A DNA stretch of 64,000 nt, from contig CM022677.1 in assembly GCA_012295275.1 (NCBI GenBank), positions 2,914,001 to 2,978,000 on the forward strand, given 5' to 3'. A program made the translations under genes and the position numbers. Under the pieces are notes generated by a model, which ran no database searches, was not told the DNA's origin, and saw nothing but the letters and a program-made list of their open reading frames with translations. Source of the stretch: Chrysomallon squamiferum. Its lineage: Eukaryota; Animalia; Mollusca. Positions 23,846-38,282 of this stretch are shown here, piece by piece; the stretch's first letter is position 1; each line of letters starts with the position of its first letter.

Positions 23846-24340
23846 AGGTTAAGGCTATATTTAGGTTAAGGCTATATTTAGGGTTAAGGCTATATTTAGG
23901 GTTAAGGCTATATTTAGGGTTAAGGCTATATTTAGAGTTAAGGCTATATTTAGGGTTAAGGTTAGGTTTTATTTAGGGTTAAGGCTATATTTAGAGTTAA
24001 GGCTATATTTAGGTTAAGGCTATATTTAGGGTTAAGGCTATATTTAGGGTGAAGGCTATATTTAGGGTTAAGGCTATATTTAGAGTTAAGGCTATATTTA
24101 GGGTTAAGGCTATATTTAGAGTTAAGGCTATATTTAGAGTTAAGGTTTTATTTAGGGTTAAGGCTATATTTAGGTTAAGGCTATATTTAGAGTTAAGGCT
24201 ATATTTAGGGTTAAGGCTATATTTAGGGTTAAGGCTATATTTAGGGTTAAGCTATATTTAGGGTTAAGGCTATATTTAGGGTTAAGGTTTTATTTAGAGT
24301 TAAGGCTATATTTAGGGTTAAGGCTATATTTAGGGTTAAC
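23846..24340 (+). repeat. 18-bp tandem repeat containing TTAGGG (tttagggttaaggctata)
   Basis: Repeated units visible directly; degenerate ttaggg hexamers continue to ~24900. Confidence 0.92.
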
Positions 24341-25949
24341 ATTATGGATACCATTAAGATTAGAGCTATTTTTAGCATTAGGTTAGGACTGGAGTGGAGT
24401 TAGATATATGGTTAGGATTAGAGTTAGATTTAATTATCTGTTTATCTTAAGGTATTTTTCACAAAACAAGAACAAAAAAAAAAACATGAATAAATATGTT
24501 GAATATTAGGATGAAACAGGTGATGGTTAGGTTTGGGTGAAGAGTAAGAATTATGATTAGGGTTAGATAATTTAATTATCAGTATATCTTAAAAAATATT
24601 TTCTTGTGAGAAAAAATTGGGACAAAAATAAATAAATAAATAAATAAATAAATAAAAAAATTGTTGTTTGTATTATGACAAATTTAAAATAACTTTTCTA
24701 TTTCAAAAAATTAACTATGAGTCTTAGCATATATTTTAAAATTAGTTTTATTTCAATAAATCCTTAGTATATCATACTCTTACAAGTAAGGTTATGGATA
24801 TGGTTAAGGTTATGGTTATCTTTAGGTTACTGTTAGGGTTAGGTTTAAGATTAAAGTTAGCATTAAGGTTTGGTTAGGGTTAGAGTTCACATGAGGGTTA
24901 TTGTAAGGATTAATTTGAGGTGTTACAGATTAAATGGGGAAAATGGAAAACAAAGTTTACATTTTCTGGCATCTGTGCATGCACTGACCTAGGGTTTTAA
25001 AATTTCACATGTTCGTAGCTTGTTAAACAACTCTTCTGTTCAGAATATTTCATCACAGTAGTTCTATTTATTAGCTCACCTCCCCACCAGAATCACCTAT
25101 GATATTCTGACATATGAAAATCACAGACTTAAAATGTTGTAAAAACAGTGCAGATGAGTCATTTTGACATAAAGTGAACTGTGACACGTATAAAGAACAT
25201 TGCAAATGAACATGTGTGTGTCAGCATAGGATGATAAAAACATGGTGAGAACAATGAAAACTCAGGTTTTGATGGAATAAGATAAATCACATTCTACAGA
25301 TCAGTGATACGCAGTGCATGGGGGGGGGATGTCAGAGACTTTAGATGAATCTTGGCAAAATAAGTGCACAGTTTAAGCATAATTTGGTTAAGATTTTCAC
25401 ACAAAAACACAAAGAACATGTTTTATTGACTTATTTGAGCAAAAAACATGTTTAGACATGAAAGTTGAGATGTTTTCAAAACTGTTGATCTGTTGATGCA
25501 CTGAACATTATTAATAGACTTTAAGTCAAAAGTACATTGTGCGACATCTGACTGGTTATCCCAATCAACCACACCTGTCTTTTTCCTTCTGATATATTTA
25601 CCAAACAGTCATCACCATAACATATGTGAAAAAATATATTTTATTTCTGTTATTTTATAGATTAGTTTATTACTTGCAAAGGATTTTTTTAAATTTAATT
25701 TAATATAAAAGTAATTATATTCAATATAATGTTAAAATATATTAAAAGTGAAGTCTAGAATTCATTTGAACACTGAAAGCAAAAATGTGTTATAAAAAAT
25801 TAGTTCTGTATTAAAACTTAACCCTCTGTTTTGAATCTGACATTTAAAACTGATACTAAATGTTTGTATTTACACTTCTGCTGATTACAATAAATGTCTG
25901 GTTTAGAGCAACATTACAAGTTTAACCTTTTATTCTGAATACTTTTCAC

Positions 25950-27700
25950 TTTGCTTTGCATCAGGTAGTGGAGATCAATCTCCTGTTTTGTCATCCAGTG
26001 TAATTTTCTAATAATGATGAGGATATTCTGAGGGTACAGGTTTATCTTGACACAATGAAATAAGATATGTTTCTCTTTAGTTCAGAATTTGGCAGTTTTT
26101 GTTTTTAACAGACAAACCAACTCTTCATCCAACTAAAAACTTCATTTTTCTCACTGAGCCTTTCTTCTGATTTTCTAAACTCTAACCAATTTATTCCCAT
26201 TCAGTTAACTCTTTGTCTGTGGAATAAGCTGTACAAAGAGACAACATGTCTAACTTACTGTTTCACATTCAGTTAACTCTTTGTCTGTGGAATAAGCTGT
26301 ACAAAGAGGCAACATGTTTAACTTATTGTTTCACATTCAGGAAATGTGGTGTTTTAAAAGTATATTTCTTTATGTGAGCCATTCTGACCTGTCACATTAT
26401 GGCAGAACATAAATAGAAATATTTGTTTAGCCTTTCTGTAGCAGAATGAACAGAATCACGTAACACGTGTATGACCTGTCTTCAGTACTTTGTGATCAGT
26501 ACAGAAACAACAACATGGAGAAGGGCTGTGACTATAAAATGTTTCCTGTTTTATTCTGATTATGAATCAGAGATACACAAGAGGTAAGCTGTGGCCATGG
26601 CTTGATGTACATAACTGAACGTGTGTCTATTTACATGATCCAAAGGTAACTGAATACTCCTCCTCTGTTCAGTTTGTAAAATCTTAAGAAGCAGCAACTC
26701 CATTTTCTTGTGTAATGCACATGATTCACCGAAGAACAAAATACTGTAAGTACAGCTTCAACAGTGGCAATATTATATGGAATGCTGTGATTTTAAATTA
26801 TTTTGTCCAAGTACTTCATAATCTGCTTTCCTATCACTTGTCACCTGTCCTGAGTCTTTTATATCACACAAAATACCAGTTATATCTGGGACTGTGGAAT
26901 GTGTAACTGCATTCCCTGTAGAAAACACTTCTATTGTTTGAAAGGAAACAGGTTTCTTTCTGTTGTTTTAACACTGATCATGTATAAACTACACATTCAG
27001 ATCAGAGCTGAGGAACTGCCTCTTAGCATTCTGCTTTGTGTTGTTTTAACACTGATCATGTATAAACTACACATTCAGATCAGAGCTGAAGAACTGCCTC
27101 TTGGCATTCTGCTTTGTGTTGTTTTAACACTGATCATGTATAAACTACACATTCAGATCAGAGCTGAGGAACTGCCTCTTAGCATTCTGCTTTGTGTCTG
27201 CGCTTTCAGTACAAGAAAAGATTGTGTAATTTCAAACATAATTAATAATTTTTCTTGCTGTTTTTCTTTTTTCTGCTTCATTGTTGTCTTGGTAATTTTT
27301 CTACTCCCTTTAGTGTTTTATTATACCAGATTTGCATACATAAATGCTTTGACCAGCTAGTGACAAAAAAAAGAAGAAGTAAAAAAAGAAAGCCCTAGGC
27401 TTTTCAGCATGCAGAAATATCTACTATGTTATGATACTGAAAATATTTCTCCTTGTTACAGGACTGAAGACCCCAAAATGAAATGAATAAATGTCTTACT
27501 GCAGTTTTGACAGTTTTCTTTAAGACTCTTGTTTTCTTTGTGGGTTTCATTTCATATACAAGTCTTACATACTTACTTGAGAATATCTTCAGTTTATTTT
27601 CAAGTAAATTAGCTACAGCTAGAAGTGAAGTATCTACACTAACTACTGACCAGTTTTCTCTCACTCCAAAGTATTCAGCCTGCTGATAGTGCTTGTCTAG
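25950..27700 (-). mobile_element. Heavily decayed DNA transposase, DDD type (probably Sola1-like)
   Basis: Minus-strand remnants in the expected order: KRQFLSSDLN, EAVLTV.CS.VN.VHYTRK, GGVFSYLW, ISDS...NRKHFIVTALLHVV, LKTGHT...DSVHSATER, and C-terminal LISLCQDKPVPSEYPH. Termini not located. Confidence 0.55.
26961..27196. repeat. 78-bp tandem triplication inside the decayed transposase
   Basis: Three near-identical units. Confidence 0.92.
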
Positions 27701-29788
27701 GCAAATTTATATATTACATAGCTTCATTTTTCCTTTTCCTTTCTTCCTTAATTCTTTCTTTCTTTTATTTATTTCTTAATTATTTTTTATAATGATTATT
27801 TATTTTCCAGATGAAACAATAACACACAGCTGTAAGGTAAGTATTAGTAGGTTAAAGTAGATCTGTTTGTTAAAAGGGTTTAAAGTGGATCTTACTGTAC
27901 TGCTCTGAAGTTATTATGGGTTTCTAAAACTTATGTACATAAAGGGGGAGAGAATTGGCAGAAACAGAAAGACAGAGAGAGTATATATATATATATATAT
28001 ATTGTTGTTGTGGTTGTTTTGTGTGTGTATGGAATGTATTTTGGTCCTTTATAATGACATTTTTTTTTTATTCAATATTTATTTATTTTATTAACTAATT
28101 AAACTATTTAATTGCTAATGTGTGAATTTCATTTTTCTTTCCTTCCTTATTTTATTTATTTATTTATTTATGTGTTGTAAGATGGGTCTGTGTCCACCAA
28201 GTGTCAAATGTGTCAGTAAATATGTCTGTCTGTCTGTACACCTGAACATTAGAATTAGTTCAAATGAGTGTAATGTATGTTTGTATGTGTATGTGTGTGT
28301 ATATAATTTCTCTATGTATGCAGGTATTTTTGTTTCTGTATGTATGTGTCTGCATGTATATATTTATACAGATGTATGTATATATGTATGAATGTATGAG
28401 TGTGTCTGTATTTATAGACATATGTGTGTGCATGTATTAGTATCTTGTTTTATGTACATCTGCTTAGATTCTGCATTCAGACAATTTTGTGGAAATCATT
28501 GGCACAGGAAGATGAAGTCCAATCATGACCTCACCAACAACATCATCATCATCATCATCATTATTTCGACACAGCTGGGTGAGTATTTAATTAGATTTTT
28601 ATCAGTTGTATGATGTCTCTTCTTTAACACCAAACAAATTCCTTTATCAATTTCAGCAAAACTGTTTTTTAACTTCTGTTTTCTCTGTAGTCTTCTCCAG
28701 TCTCCTTTAGCACAAAACTGCTTTATGATATTCAGTTAGGTAATGGTATTAATAGTGCACAACATACACATTATTTACATAGAAATCTAAACCAATAACT
28801 TTCGGACTTTTAATTTTTTTTTAATCTGATTTTATTTGATAATCTTTACTATTATGATTATTATTATTATTTAGTTATTTGTTTATTTTAAAATAATTTA
28901 TTGTTTTAATACTTTGTTACAAGCGATTACCGTATCACAGATCACGGAAATGGTCGAATGTGAAATTACCTGAATTAACTGTTTTATTTAGATTTAAGAA
29001 AACCTTGTGATCTCTGCGAATTTATAATGCATTTATTTAACACAGCAACTGAAAATATGTTTTCTTGGTGCAAAACTGGTAAAATAACTAAAAGTTCCTA
29101 AATAAATAAATTATTTTCTATATCTCGGATCTATATCTGTATATAAACATTGATTTATAAACGTACTTTTAATAGTCACATATTATCTCATAAAAGATAA
29201 AACATGAAAATCATTAACTGAAATTAAATTGATTAACGCCTTCAATATAAAACTATTATAAATAAATAAATAAATAAATTGCTGATGACACTAAATTAGT
29301 AACTGGTTCTGGTTAGTCGGAATGTGTTTTTATTATCACACCTATTAACAACAAAAGTACTTAACCGTTTAATGTTCTGAATAACTGTATCAATATGGAA
29401 TAAGACATGGTCTTGTTTATTTTTTATCATACTTTTTCTTTTAATTTTTATATCTAGAAATGTCAACTTCAACTTTCCGATTTTATTGACAGAAACTATC
29501 TCAACCCTTATCCTAAGTTTACGGTTACAGAACGTTTTGTCACAACGAATAGAACTGTATTAATTCTTCGTGACATCGCATGTTACGGCAATGGCCGAAC
29601 TAGTCTTAATCAAATGACGATTATTGACAGAATAAATGTGTATGGTTTAATAATGTTATGCAGGAATAAAAAGACAAATTCTAACAAAATGTCATCAAAA
29701 AGTTTTTAAATTATATAAATGCTTTACAAAATAAACAAACAATTTAATAAATGTTTCCGGTTTTAAAGCCATCTGACTTTTAACTTCT

Positions 29789-29849
29789 CCAATTTGCATA
29801 ATCGGAATGACGTCACTGGAAAAGTAGCAGCAGTAGCAACATGGCGTCA
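29789..29849 (+). promoter_or_regulatory. Promoter-like motif cluster: CCAAT, octamer ATTTGCAT, CRE TGACGTCA and YY1/Kozak-like AACATGGCG
   Basis: Motifs at 29789, 29792-29799, 29808-29815 and 29838-29846 (ATG at 29841, MASNSKQ). Confidence 0.45.
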
Positions 29850-30860
29850 AATTCTAAACAGATATATTTTTATGATACTTATTTTATATTTTTCTGTATT
29901 TTAAAGATGAATATGATATGGATTCAGTTTATTTGGATTACTTAGACATTCTTTTCATTAAAGATAATTACTTCATTCTGGGAGACTGAGCTGACTTGGT
30001 AAAAAAAAAGAAAACAACAAGTAAGTCGATTATTTTGTATTGATTTTTTTTTTTTTTTTGTTGTAACAATTACAGCATTTATTAGTATTAACATTACTTT
30101 TGCTGTTCTTTTTGTTGTTATTATTGTTATTACTACTATTATTATTACTTTATTATTATTATTATTATTATTATTAATGATGTTGTTCTTTTTCATATTA
30201 TTAAAACCACTTTGCTGCTGCTACTACTACTACTACTATATTATCTATATGTGTGTATATATATGTAAGTATGTATGTATGTATATGTGTATGTTTGTGT
30301 GTATGTGTGTGTATGTGTGTATATGTAAATGTATGAATGTATGTGTGTTTTTGTGTGCATATGTATGTATATATATATATGTTTGTGTATATATGTGTGT
30401 ACCAATCGCCATTTTAAATATACCAGTATTTCTGACACTTTATCCATTTACTGAAAAAATTGTCGTATATACACAAAGCACACACACACACACATATATA
30501 TATGTATGTATATGTGTGTGTGTGTTTGAGTGTGTATGTGTCACTATATATGAATATATATTTATTTATTTATTTATTTTTATTTATTTCTATGTAGTTA
30601 TAGACATGTAGATATATACACATATACAGAGAAACAGATATTTATTATTTATGTATATATTTATTTGATTTGTTTTTTATTTATTTATTTATTTATTTAT
30701 TTTTTATTACTATGTTTTGTGTGGTTAATTTACGTTTACATGTGTGAGTCTCCTTATACATAAACTTCAGCTGGTTGTCAGCTTTGTAAACATTTTTCTG
30801 TTGCACTTTATTGTAATCTACAGCATCATTCTGCAAGTTGACTGAGTTAAAAATGTCACA

Positions 30861-32240
30861 TAGGTATACCAGATTGTTTGTGTTCTCAGTTTTGCTGATG
30901 TTATTGTAAGCTTGTATGCAAGTTGTTTGGTGAAGAGTATGGATACCTTCACAACAGGTTTGTGTGTTAAACAGCGCTGAAACAATGACAACTAGCTATT
31001 GTTTCAGCAAACAAACATTCATGTTATCCATTTCTGGCATTATTAATATTGTTATTAGTATTACCAATAATAGTACTAATAGTTTTAGTGATAGTTCTAA
31101 CTATAAGTAATAATAGCAGAAGTAATAGTAGTTATTGCAAAAGTAGTAGTAGTAGTAGTAGTATCAGTAACAGTGGTAGCAGTAGTCAACATCATTGTAG
31201 TATAAGTAACACTGGTTAGTAGTAGTCAACATTGTAGTAGTATTAGTAACACTGGTTAGTAGTGGTCGACATAACTGTAGTATTAGTAACAGTGGTAGTA
31301 GTGGTCAACATCGTAGTAGTATTAGTAACAGTGGTTAGTAGTTGTCACAGTTGTAGTAGTATAATAATATAGTAACAAAAGCAGTGATATGTTTGACACA
31401 CACAGGTATGGTTCGAGTGTTGGAAAGTGCCCAATCGATGTACCAGAGGGATGTGTTATCAAGAAACATGGTTGTGACAGTTTGATTGTAAAAACCGACA
31501 ATGAGTTACAGAGAGATGTGTTATCAAGAAACATGGTTGTGACAGTTTGATAGGTATACCAGATTGTTTGTGTTCTCAGTTTTGCTGATGTTATTGTAAG
31601 CTTGTATGCAAGTTGTTTGGTGAAGAGTATGGATACCTTCACAACAGGTTTGTGTGTTAAACAGCGCTGAAACAATGACAACTAGCTATTGTTTCAGCAA
31701 ACAAACATTCATGTTATCCATTTCTGGCATTATTAATATTGTTATTAGTATTACCAATAATAGTACTAATAGTTTTAGTGATAGTTCTAACTATAAGTAA
31801 TAATAGCAGAAGTAATAGTAGTTATTGCAAAAGTAGTAGTAGTAGTAGTAGTATCAGTAACAGTGGTAGCAGTAGTCAACATCATTGTAGTATAAGTAAC
31901 ACTGGTTAGTAGTAGTCAACATTGTAGTAGTATTAGTAACACTGGTTAGTAGTGGTCGACATAACTGTAGTATTAGTAACAGTGGTAGTAGTGGTCAACA
32001 TCGTAGTAGTATTAGTAACAGTGGTTAGTAGTTGTCACAGTTGTAGTAGTATAATAATATAGTAACAAAAGCAGTGATATGTTTGACACACACAGGTATG
32101 GTTCGAGTGTTGGAAAGTGCCCAATCGATGTACCAGAGGGATGTGTTATCAAGAAACATGGTTGTGACAGTTTGATTGTAAAAACCGACAATGAGTTACA
32201 GAGAGATGTGTTATCAAGAAACATGGTTGTGACAGTTTGA
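30861..32240. repeat. 690-bp tandem duplication (30861-31550 / 31551-32240), apparently identical
   Basis: taggtataccagattg recurs at 30861 and 31551; I saw no differences by eye. Confidence 0.93.
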
Positions 32241-32450
32241 TTGTAAAAACCGACAATGAGTTACAGAGAGATGTGTTATCAAGAAACATGGTTGTGACAG
32301 TTTGATTGTAAAAACCGACAATGAGTTACAGAGAGATGTGTTATCAAGAAACATGGTTGTGACAGTTTGATTGTGAAAACTGACAATGAGTTACAGAGGG
32401 ATGTGTTATCAAGAAACATGGTTGTGACAGTCTATGAAAACCAACAATGA
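32141..32450. repeat. 65-bp minisatellite, about 5 copies
   Basis: atgtgttatcaagaaac recurs at 32141, 32206, 32271, 32336 and 32401. Confidence 0.93.
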
Positions 32451-33408
32451 ATTACTGAACTCCTACATGGGAGAATACATTCACATTGTCCAGTGGAATT
32501 AACACTACAGCATTAATGTTTGTAATTCACAGAATTAAATTAATCAACCCTTCGCGAAATATTAGTTTTCTGTCAGGAACTGTGTAGATTGAAATGTATC
32601 TATCTAGCTGTCTGATGATATGTCTGTCTGTCTGTCTATCTAACTACTTATATCGCAGTGTATGTTTATCTATCTCTCTGTCAGTCTGTGTGTCTCTCTG
32701 TCTTTCCGTTTCTGTATCTCCATTCATGTGTGTCTCTAATTCTGTATATGTATTTGTATCTATCTGTCTTTATCAGTATGTCTATATATGTATATATAGA
32801 TGCACACACACACACACATGTACACATACACACACATGTACACACACAACACATACACACACACATGTAGGCACACACACATGTACACACACACACACAC
32901 ACACATGTACACACACACACATGTACACACACAACACATACACAGGCAGATCGGAGCAGCTAAATACATATGTATATATCAGTCCAACACACATGTACAC
33001 ACACACATGTACACACACAACACATACACAGGCAGATCGGAGCAGCTAAATACATATGTATATATCAGTCCAACAAAAAAAGCAAACATTTTTTGAAAAC
33101 AAATGATGAAATTTATGGTGATATCTTTCTTTTTTAATTACAAACATTTTATTATTATTATTATTATATTGGGGTTTTTTTTTGGTCATATTTTGTAATA
33201 CAAAGATATAAATTTAATTTAAAGAAAACGGAAACGAAACAAAAACCCCAAAGAAACAAAGAAAGAATGAAACAGCAAGGAGATTTGACTTTTTTATTTT
33301 CAAAATACTGTTTGAATTTGGATTTATCTACGCCAATTAAAGGTGCATTCGCGAGTGATGTTGTTTTTATCCATGAACATCGGCTCGCAGTTGTCTCTCT
33401 TTTTCATG

Positions 33409-33584
<176 letters not shown>

Positions 33585-34091
33585 AAGATATTCCAAGACA
33601 ATATTCCTGTGCATTTTTACCAAATGTTCTAACTTGAGGTATCTGAAGAGACACTGCACTGGATCTTGCATTTATATTATGTTTGGATCTAGTTAATTTG
33701 AAATCAGTAGTTAGGTAACCGGGGACTGTAGTGTTTTCAATAATATGGAGAAGATTTAGTTTGATTTGTTTGGAATGGAGTTCCATCCAGCAACATTTTG
33801 ACCAATCTAATCTCATTTCTCCAATATACTTGCGAGGGATTGACTTCAAAAATAAACTGGACATTTTTATTTTGAGTTTATTATTTCTTCATCAGTACAA
33901 CACACCAAGATGAGCTGGCAGAGCCAAAATGACATTGGATTACTGTTAGAATGCAGTTTTATTTCTATATATATTATTTTTTATTTTAAACGGAATGTTT
34001 TATTGTTTATATTTTAATAATTTTTCATGGATTTTTTCTTTGTTACTCTGTATGATGACCTTCTATAGTCTTTTCCGTTTTGACAATAATA

Positions 34092-34138
<47 letters not shown>

Positions 34139-34454
34139 AAACTTAATGAAAAATAGAATATAGTGTTCATATAAAGTTGGGGTTTAATTGATGGAAGGGA
34201 AGTCACTCCAGTTTATAAGTAGGTGAACAAAACAGACGTTTAAAAATTAAATACATTACGAAAGAGAGTACAGAATGAAAAATGTGTTAAAAACACCTCC
34301 TAATCAGTTGGATTATCCCATTGTATTTTAAAGCCACTATACAAGCTCAGTTTATAAACTATGTCATTTTGTAAACTGAGATACTCTTCTTTTTCTTCTT
34401 TCTTTCTTCTTCTTTCATTTTTTTCTTAATGTTACTTAATATCATGAATATGTT

Positions 34455-34510
<56 letters not shown>

Positions 34511-34884
34511 CTGTTCTGATAATTCCTGTGTAATACATACACATAGCTTCAAGATATAAAAAAGATAATATTTATTTTTCTGCGGGATTAAATATTAATT
34601 CAACCCTTGATTTGGAAAACAATTATCAACATGCACCTCTCTCAAACTTTAACACAAAAAAAATAAATAAATAAAAGAAAAAAAAAGAAAATAAAGAAAC
34701 AAAAAATGTAGCCAAAATAATAATAATAATAAATAAGCATATATACACATACATAAAAAGATGTCACTGTCTTTCACACACATACATAGATAGCAAAAAT
34801 GCACCTACACTATACACTGTCTCAAACACACACATATTCGTAGATATCCACTGATTTTATATTCGTACACATAAATACTCCAAC

Positions 34885-34990
34885 ACAAACACATACATAC
34901 ACACATACACACATACATACACACATACACACATACATACACACATACACACACACATACATACATACACACACACATACATACATACAT

Positions 34991-35021
<31 letters not shown>

Positions 35022-35300
35022 TACATACATACATACACATACATACACATACACACACATACATACATACACACATACATACACACATACATACATACAC
35101 ACACATACATACATACACACATATATACATACACACATATATACACACACATACATACATGCACACATACATACATACACACATACATACACACATACAT
35201 ACATACACATACATACATACACATACATACACATATACATACATACACACATACATACATACACAAACACACACACAAAAAGCGTACACACAAACACACA
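34885..35300. repeat. (CA)/(CATA) compound microsatellite
   Basis: Visible directly. Confidence 0.95.
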
Positions 35301-35841
35301 TATCTATAAACACCCACACTAACAGCTGTTTGTCATACATAAGCTCAGTTACACACCCACTCATGCTTTGACATTCGCACAGATTTCAAATAAAGGTGAA
35401 TAGAATAAACATTGTGTAAGTTTAAGACGGGGAGATAAGTAAGGAACCAACTAATAAAAACAAATACGAGTAATTATATTTTGCAACGAGTTTGTTTTGT
35501 TTTAACAGTAACATGCTCGCACACTATGACACACAGACACAAAAAACCCCACCTACACACAAACACAAAAAACTGATACATACAAATCACACAGCAACAC
35601 ACACAAGTACACAGTGACATACACAAATGCATCCACCTTTCCTTTTTTTTAACTTATCTCTTTATCAGAAGTGTTTCTGTAAAAACATGCTTGTCCAAGA
35701 AGGTTATTTTAATTTAAATCTGATAATATATTAACAAAAGTGATAGGTTTACTTACACATTACCCTCAGTCACTGCATTATAATTCTGTAACATGTAAAA
35801 CAGACTAAAAGTAAATTCATTTTAATAAAAAGAACAGCAAC

Positions 35842-35897
<56 letters not shown>

Positions 35898-36238
35898 TAA
35901 TAATAAATTTCAAAACAATATTAATTCAATCACATTATGATCTTAAGGTTCACAAACTTGTATGTAACTATTAGTTTATCAACATACTAGAAACATTTAC
36001 AACTACAAGATTATCAACTTAGTTGTGTGTATGTATGTATGTGTGTTTGTATATATGTATGTACTACGTATGTATGTATGCTTAAGAAAGAGTTATGTGT
36101 GATTAGATGTCTGTGTATTGTATCTATCTTTTCTCTCTGTGTATACACACTCACAAACATATATATATATACACTCAGATACACAGACAGACACACATAC
36201 ATACAAACATACATACATAGATACAGAGACAGATATTG

Positions 36239-36271
<33 letters not shown>

Positions 36272-36862
36272 CGTGCGTTTGTGTATGTGTGTGTGTCTTT
36301 TGTGTACGTGTGTATGTATACAGTGGACTCATTTGGGACCAATCATAGCTGCCGTTTTAAACAGAGCGCAGGCTTGTACAAGTTAAAATGACATGAAATA
36401 TATTTTATTTCTAGTGTTATTGTGAAGTGTCTATCAAGTTTCATATGAGAAACAGTCTGTCATCGACAACTGTGTTTTTTATCTTCTACTTTATTATTAT
36501 TATTATTTTTCCTGTTTCTCTCAAAAACAAACTTCTCTGTCATGGCCTCCATGTTTAACATCAGTTACAAAATCTGCTGTCAATAGAAGCAGCGAAAGAT
36601 TTAATTTGTTTTATCATTTTAAGAATATCAGTGTAAGAAAGTTCGGTCACTGGGTCATTGTGTGTATCGTCAATTCATTCAGATTTTTGAATTTGTCGGT
36701 CATTACTCTCTGTCGAAGTTTAGTTTCGTGTTGGTAACTGTCACTATGTTTTATAAAGTCAAATATTTCCTGTCTTCATATTTCAGATTGTATTGCCAGG
36801 GTCTAAGCGAGGGATCGACATCGACTTAGTATTAACCAGTGTAGTCGCCTTCTTGTTTTCTT

Positions 36863-37173
36863 CTTATTTATTTATTTATTTATTTGTTTATTTATTTATA
36901 TATTTGTTTATTTATTTATTTGTTTATTTATTTAATTATTTATTTAATTATTTGTTTTTTTATTATTTATTTGTTTATTTATTTATTTACTTACTTATTT
37001 ATTTGTTTATTTATTTATTTGTTTATTTATTTATTTATTTGTTTATTTATTTATATATTTGTTTATTTATTTATTTGTTTATTTATTTAATTATTTATTT
37101 AATTATTTGTTTTTTTATTATTTATTTGTTTATTTATTTATTTACTTACTTATTTATTTATTTATTTATTTGT

Positions 37174-37205
<32 letters not shown>

Positions 37206-37542
37206 TTATTTGTTTTTTTATTATTTATTTATTTGTTTATTTATTTATTTATTTACTTATTTATTTGTTTATTTATTTATTTATTTATTTGTTTATTTGT
37301 TTGTTTGTTTATTTACTTGTTTATTTATTTATTTGTTTGTTTATTTATTTGTTTATTTATTTATTTATTATTTACTTATTTATTTATTTGTTTGTTTATT
37401 TATTTATTTGTTTGTTTATTTATTTGTTTGTTTATTTATTTGTTTATTTGTTACTTATTTACTTACTTATTTATTTATTTATTTGCTTCTTTGTTTATTT
37501 ATTTATTTGTTTGTTTGTTTATTTATTTATTTATTTATTTAC

Positions 37543-37585
<43 letters not shown>

Positions 37586-37588
37586 TTT
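36863..37588. repeat. (TTTA)/(TTTG) compound microsatellite
   Basis: Visible directly. Confidence 0.95.
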
Positions 37589-38096
37589 GAAACAGATTAC
37601 CTGAAAGTTGAATCTATGGATACATCTTGCCTCCATTTTGTCCGATGATCTCCCTGTCACATTCTGTGATCAGTCAGCAGACTTTCGTTATTTCTGTCAA
37701 ATGTATTGTTTACTGTTGTGATTAGAGTTTGACAATACACACAGTTCTTCTAAACGTATACAAATTAATATAACTGAGATTCACATGATAAATGACTTAA
37801 ATGCCTGAACACGTTGTGTATGCACTAATTTGCTAACAGCCATTTTGTATTAGAAACAAAACATCGATGTATGTATTTTGATGTTTAATTTTATGTTTGT
37901 GACAATAGCGTGGCATTTGAAAGTTAAATACTTTGCCGTTTTTTAGGTCGCTTTGCAATGAGTTCAATAAAAGAAAGCATATGTGCATCATACGTATTTA
38001 TGTAGACTTCTGCTTTTGACATTTAATCTAAATGAGTGAATTCACTTAGGTGTTAACACACTAATACTGTTCTTGTTCATTTAGCTGTGTAAAGGA

Positions 38097-38165
38097 CATA
38101 GGTTTTCAACCTGAGGGTCATGACCTCCAGAGGGGTCACCAGACTTTTTTCTGGGGGTCGCGGGA
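38097..38165 (+). mobile_element. hAT (Charlie-like) DNA transposon terminal fragment
   Basis: cataggttttcaacctgagggtcatgacctccagaggggtc...gggggtcgcg resembles Charlie-type ends (CAGTGGTTCTCAACCT..GGGTCGCGACCCC..GGGGTC). Opposite end not found. Confidence 0.5.
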
Positions 38166-38212
38166 TCGTTCTTGAGCGAGGGTACATTTTTTTTTTTTCA
38201 ACTTGACTTGGA

Positions 38213-38282
<70 letters not shown>

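Larger units (their letters stand above)
30771..32502 (+). pseudogene. Unidentified Cys-rich spliced pseudogene, disrupted by stops and tandem duplications
   Basis: Exon 30771-30957 (GCQLCKHFSVALYCNLQHHSAS*LS*KCHIGIPDCLCSQFC*CYCKLVCKLFGEEYGYLHNR) splices in phase to 31406/32096 (YGSSVGKCPIDVPEGCVIKKHGCDS...KTNNELLNSYMGEYIHIVQWN*). Confidence 0.42.

Noticed and set aside
23846-24340. True telomere
   Set aside because: It is not a pure (TTAGGG)n run, and ordinary sequence lies on both sides.
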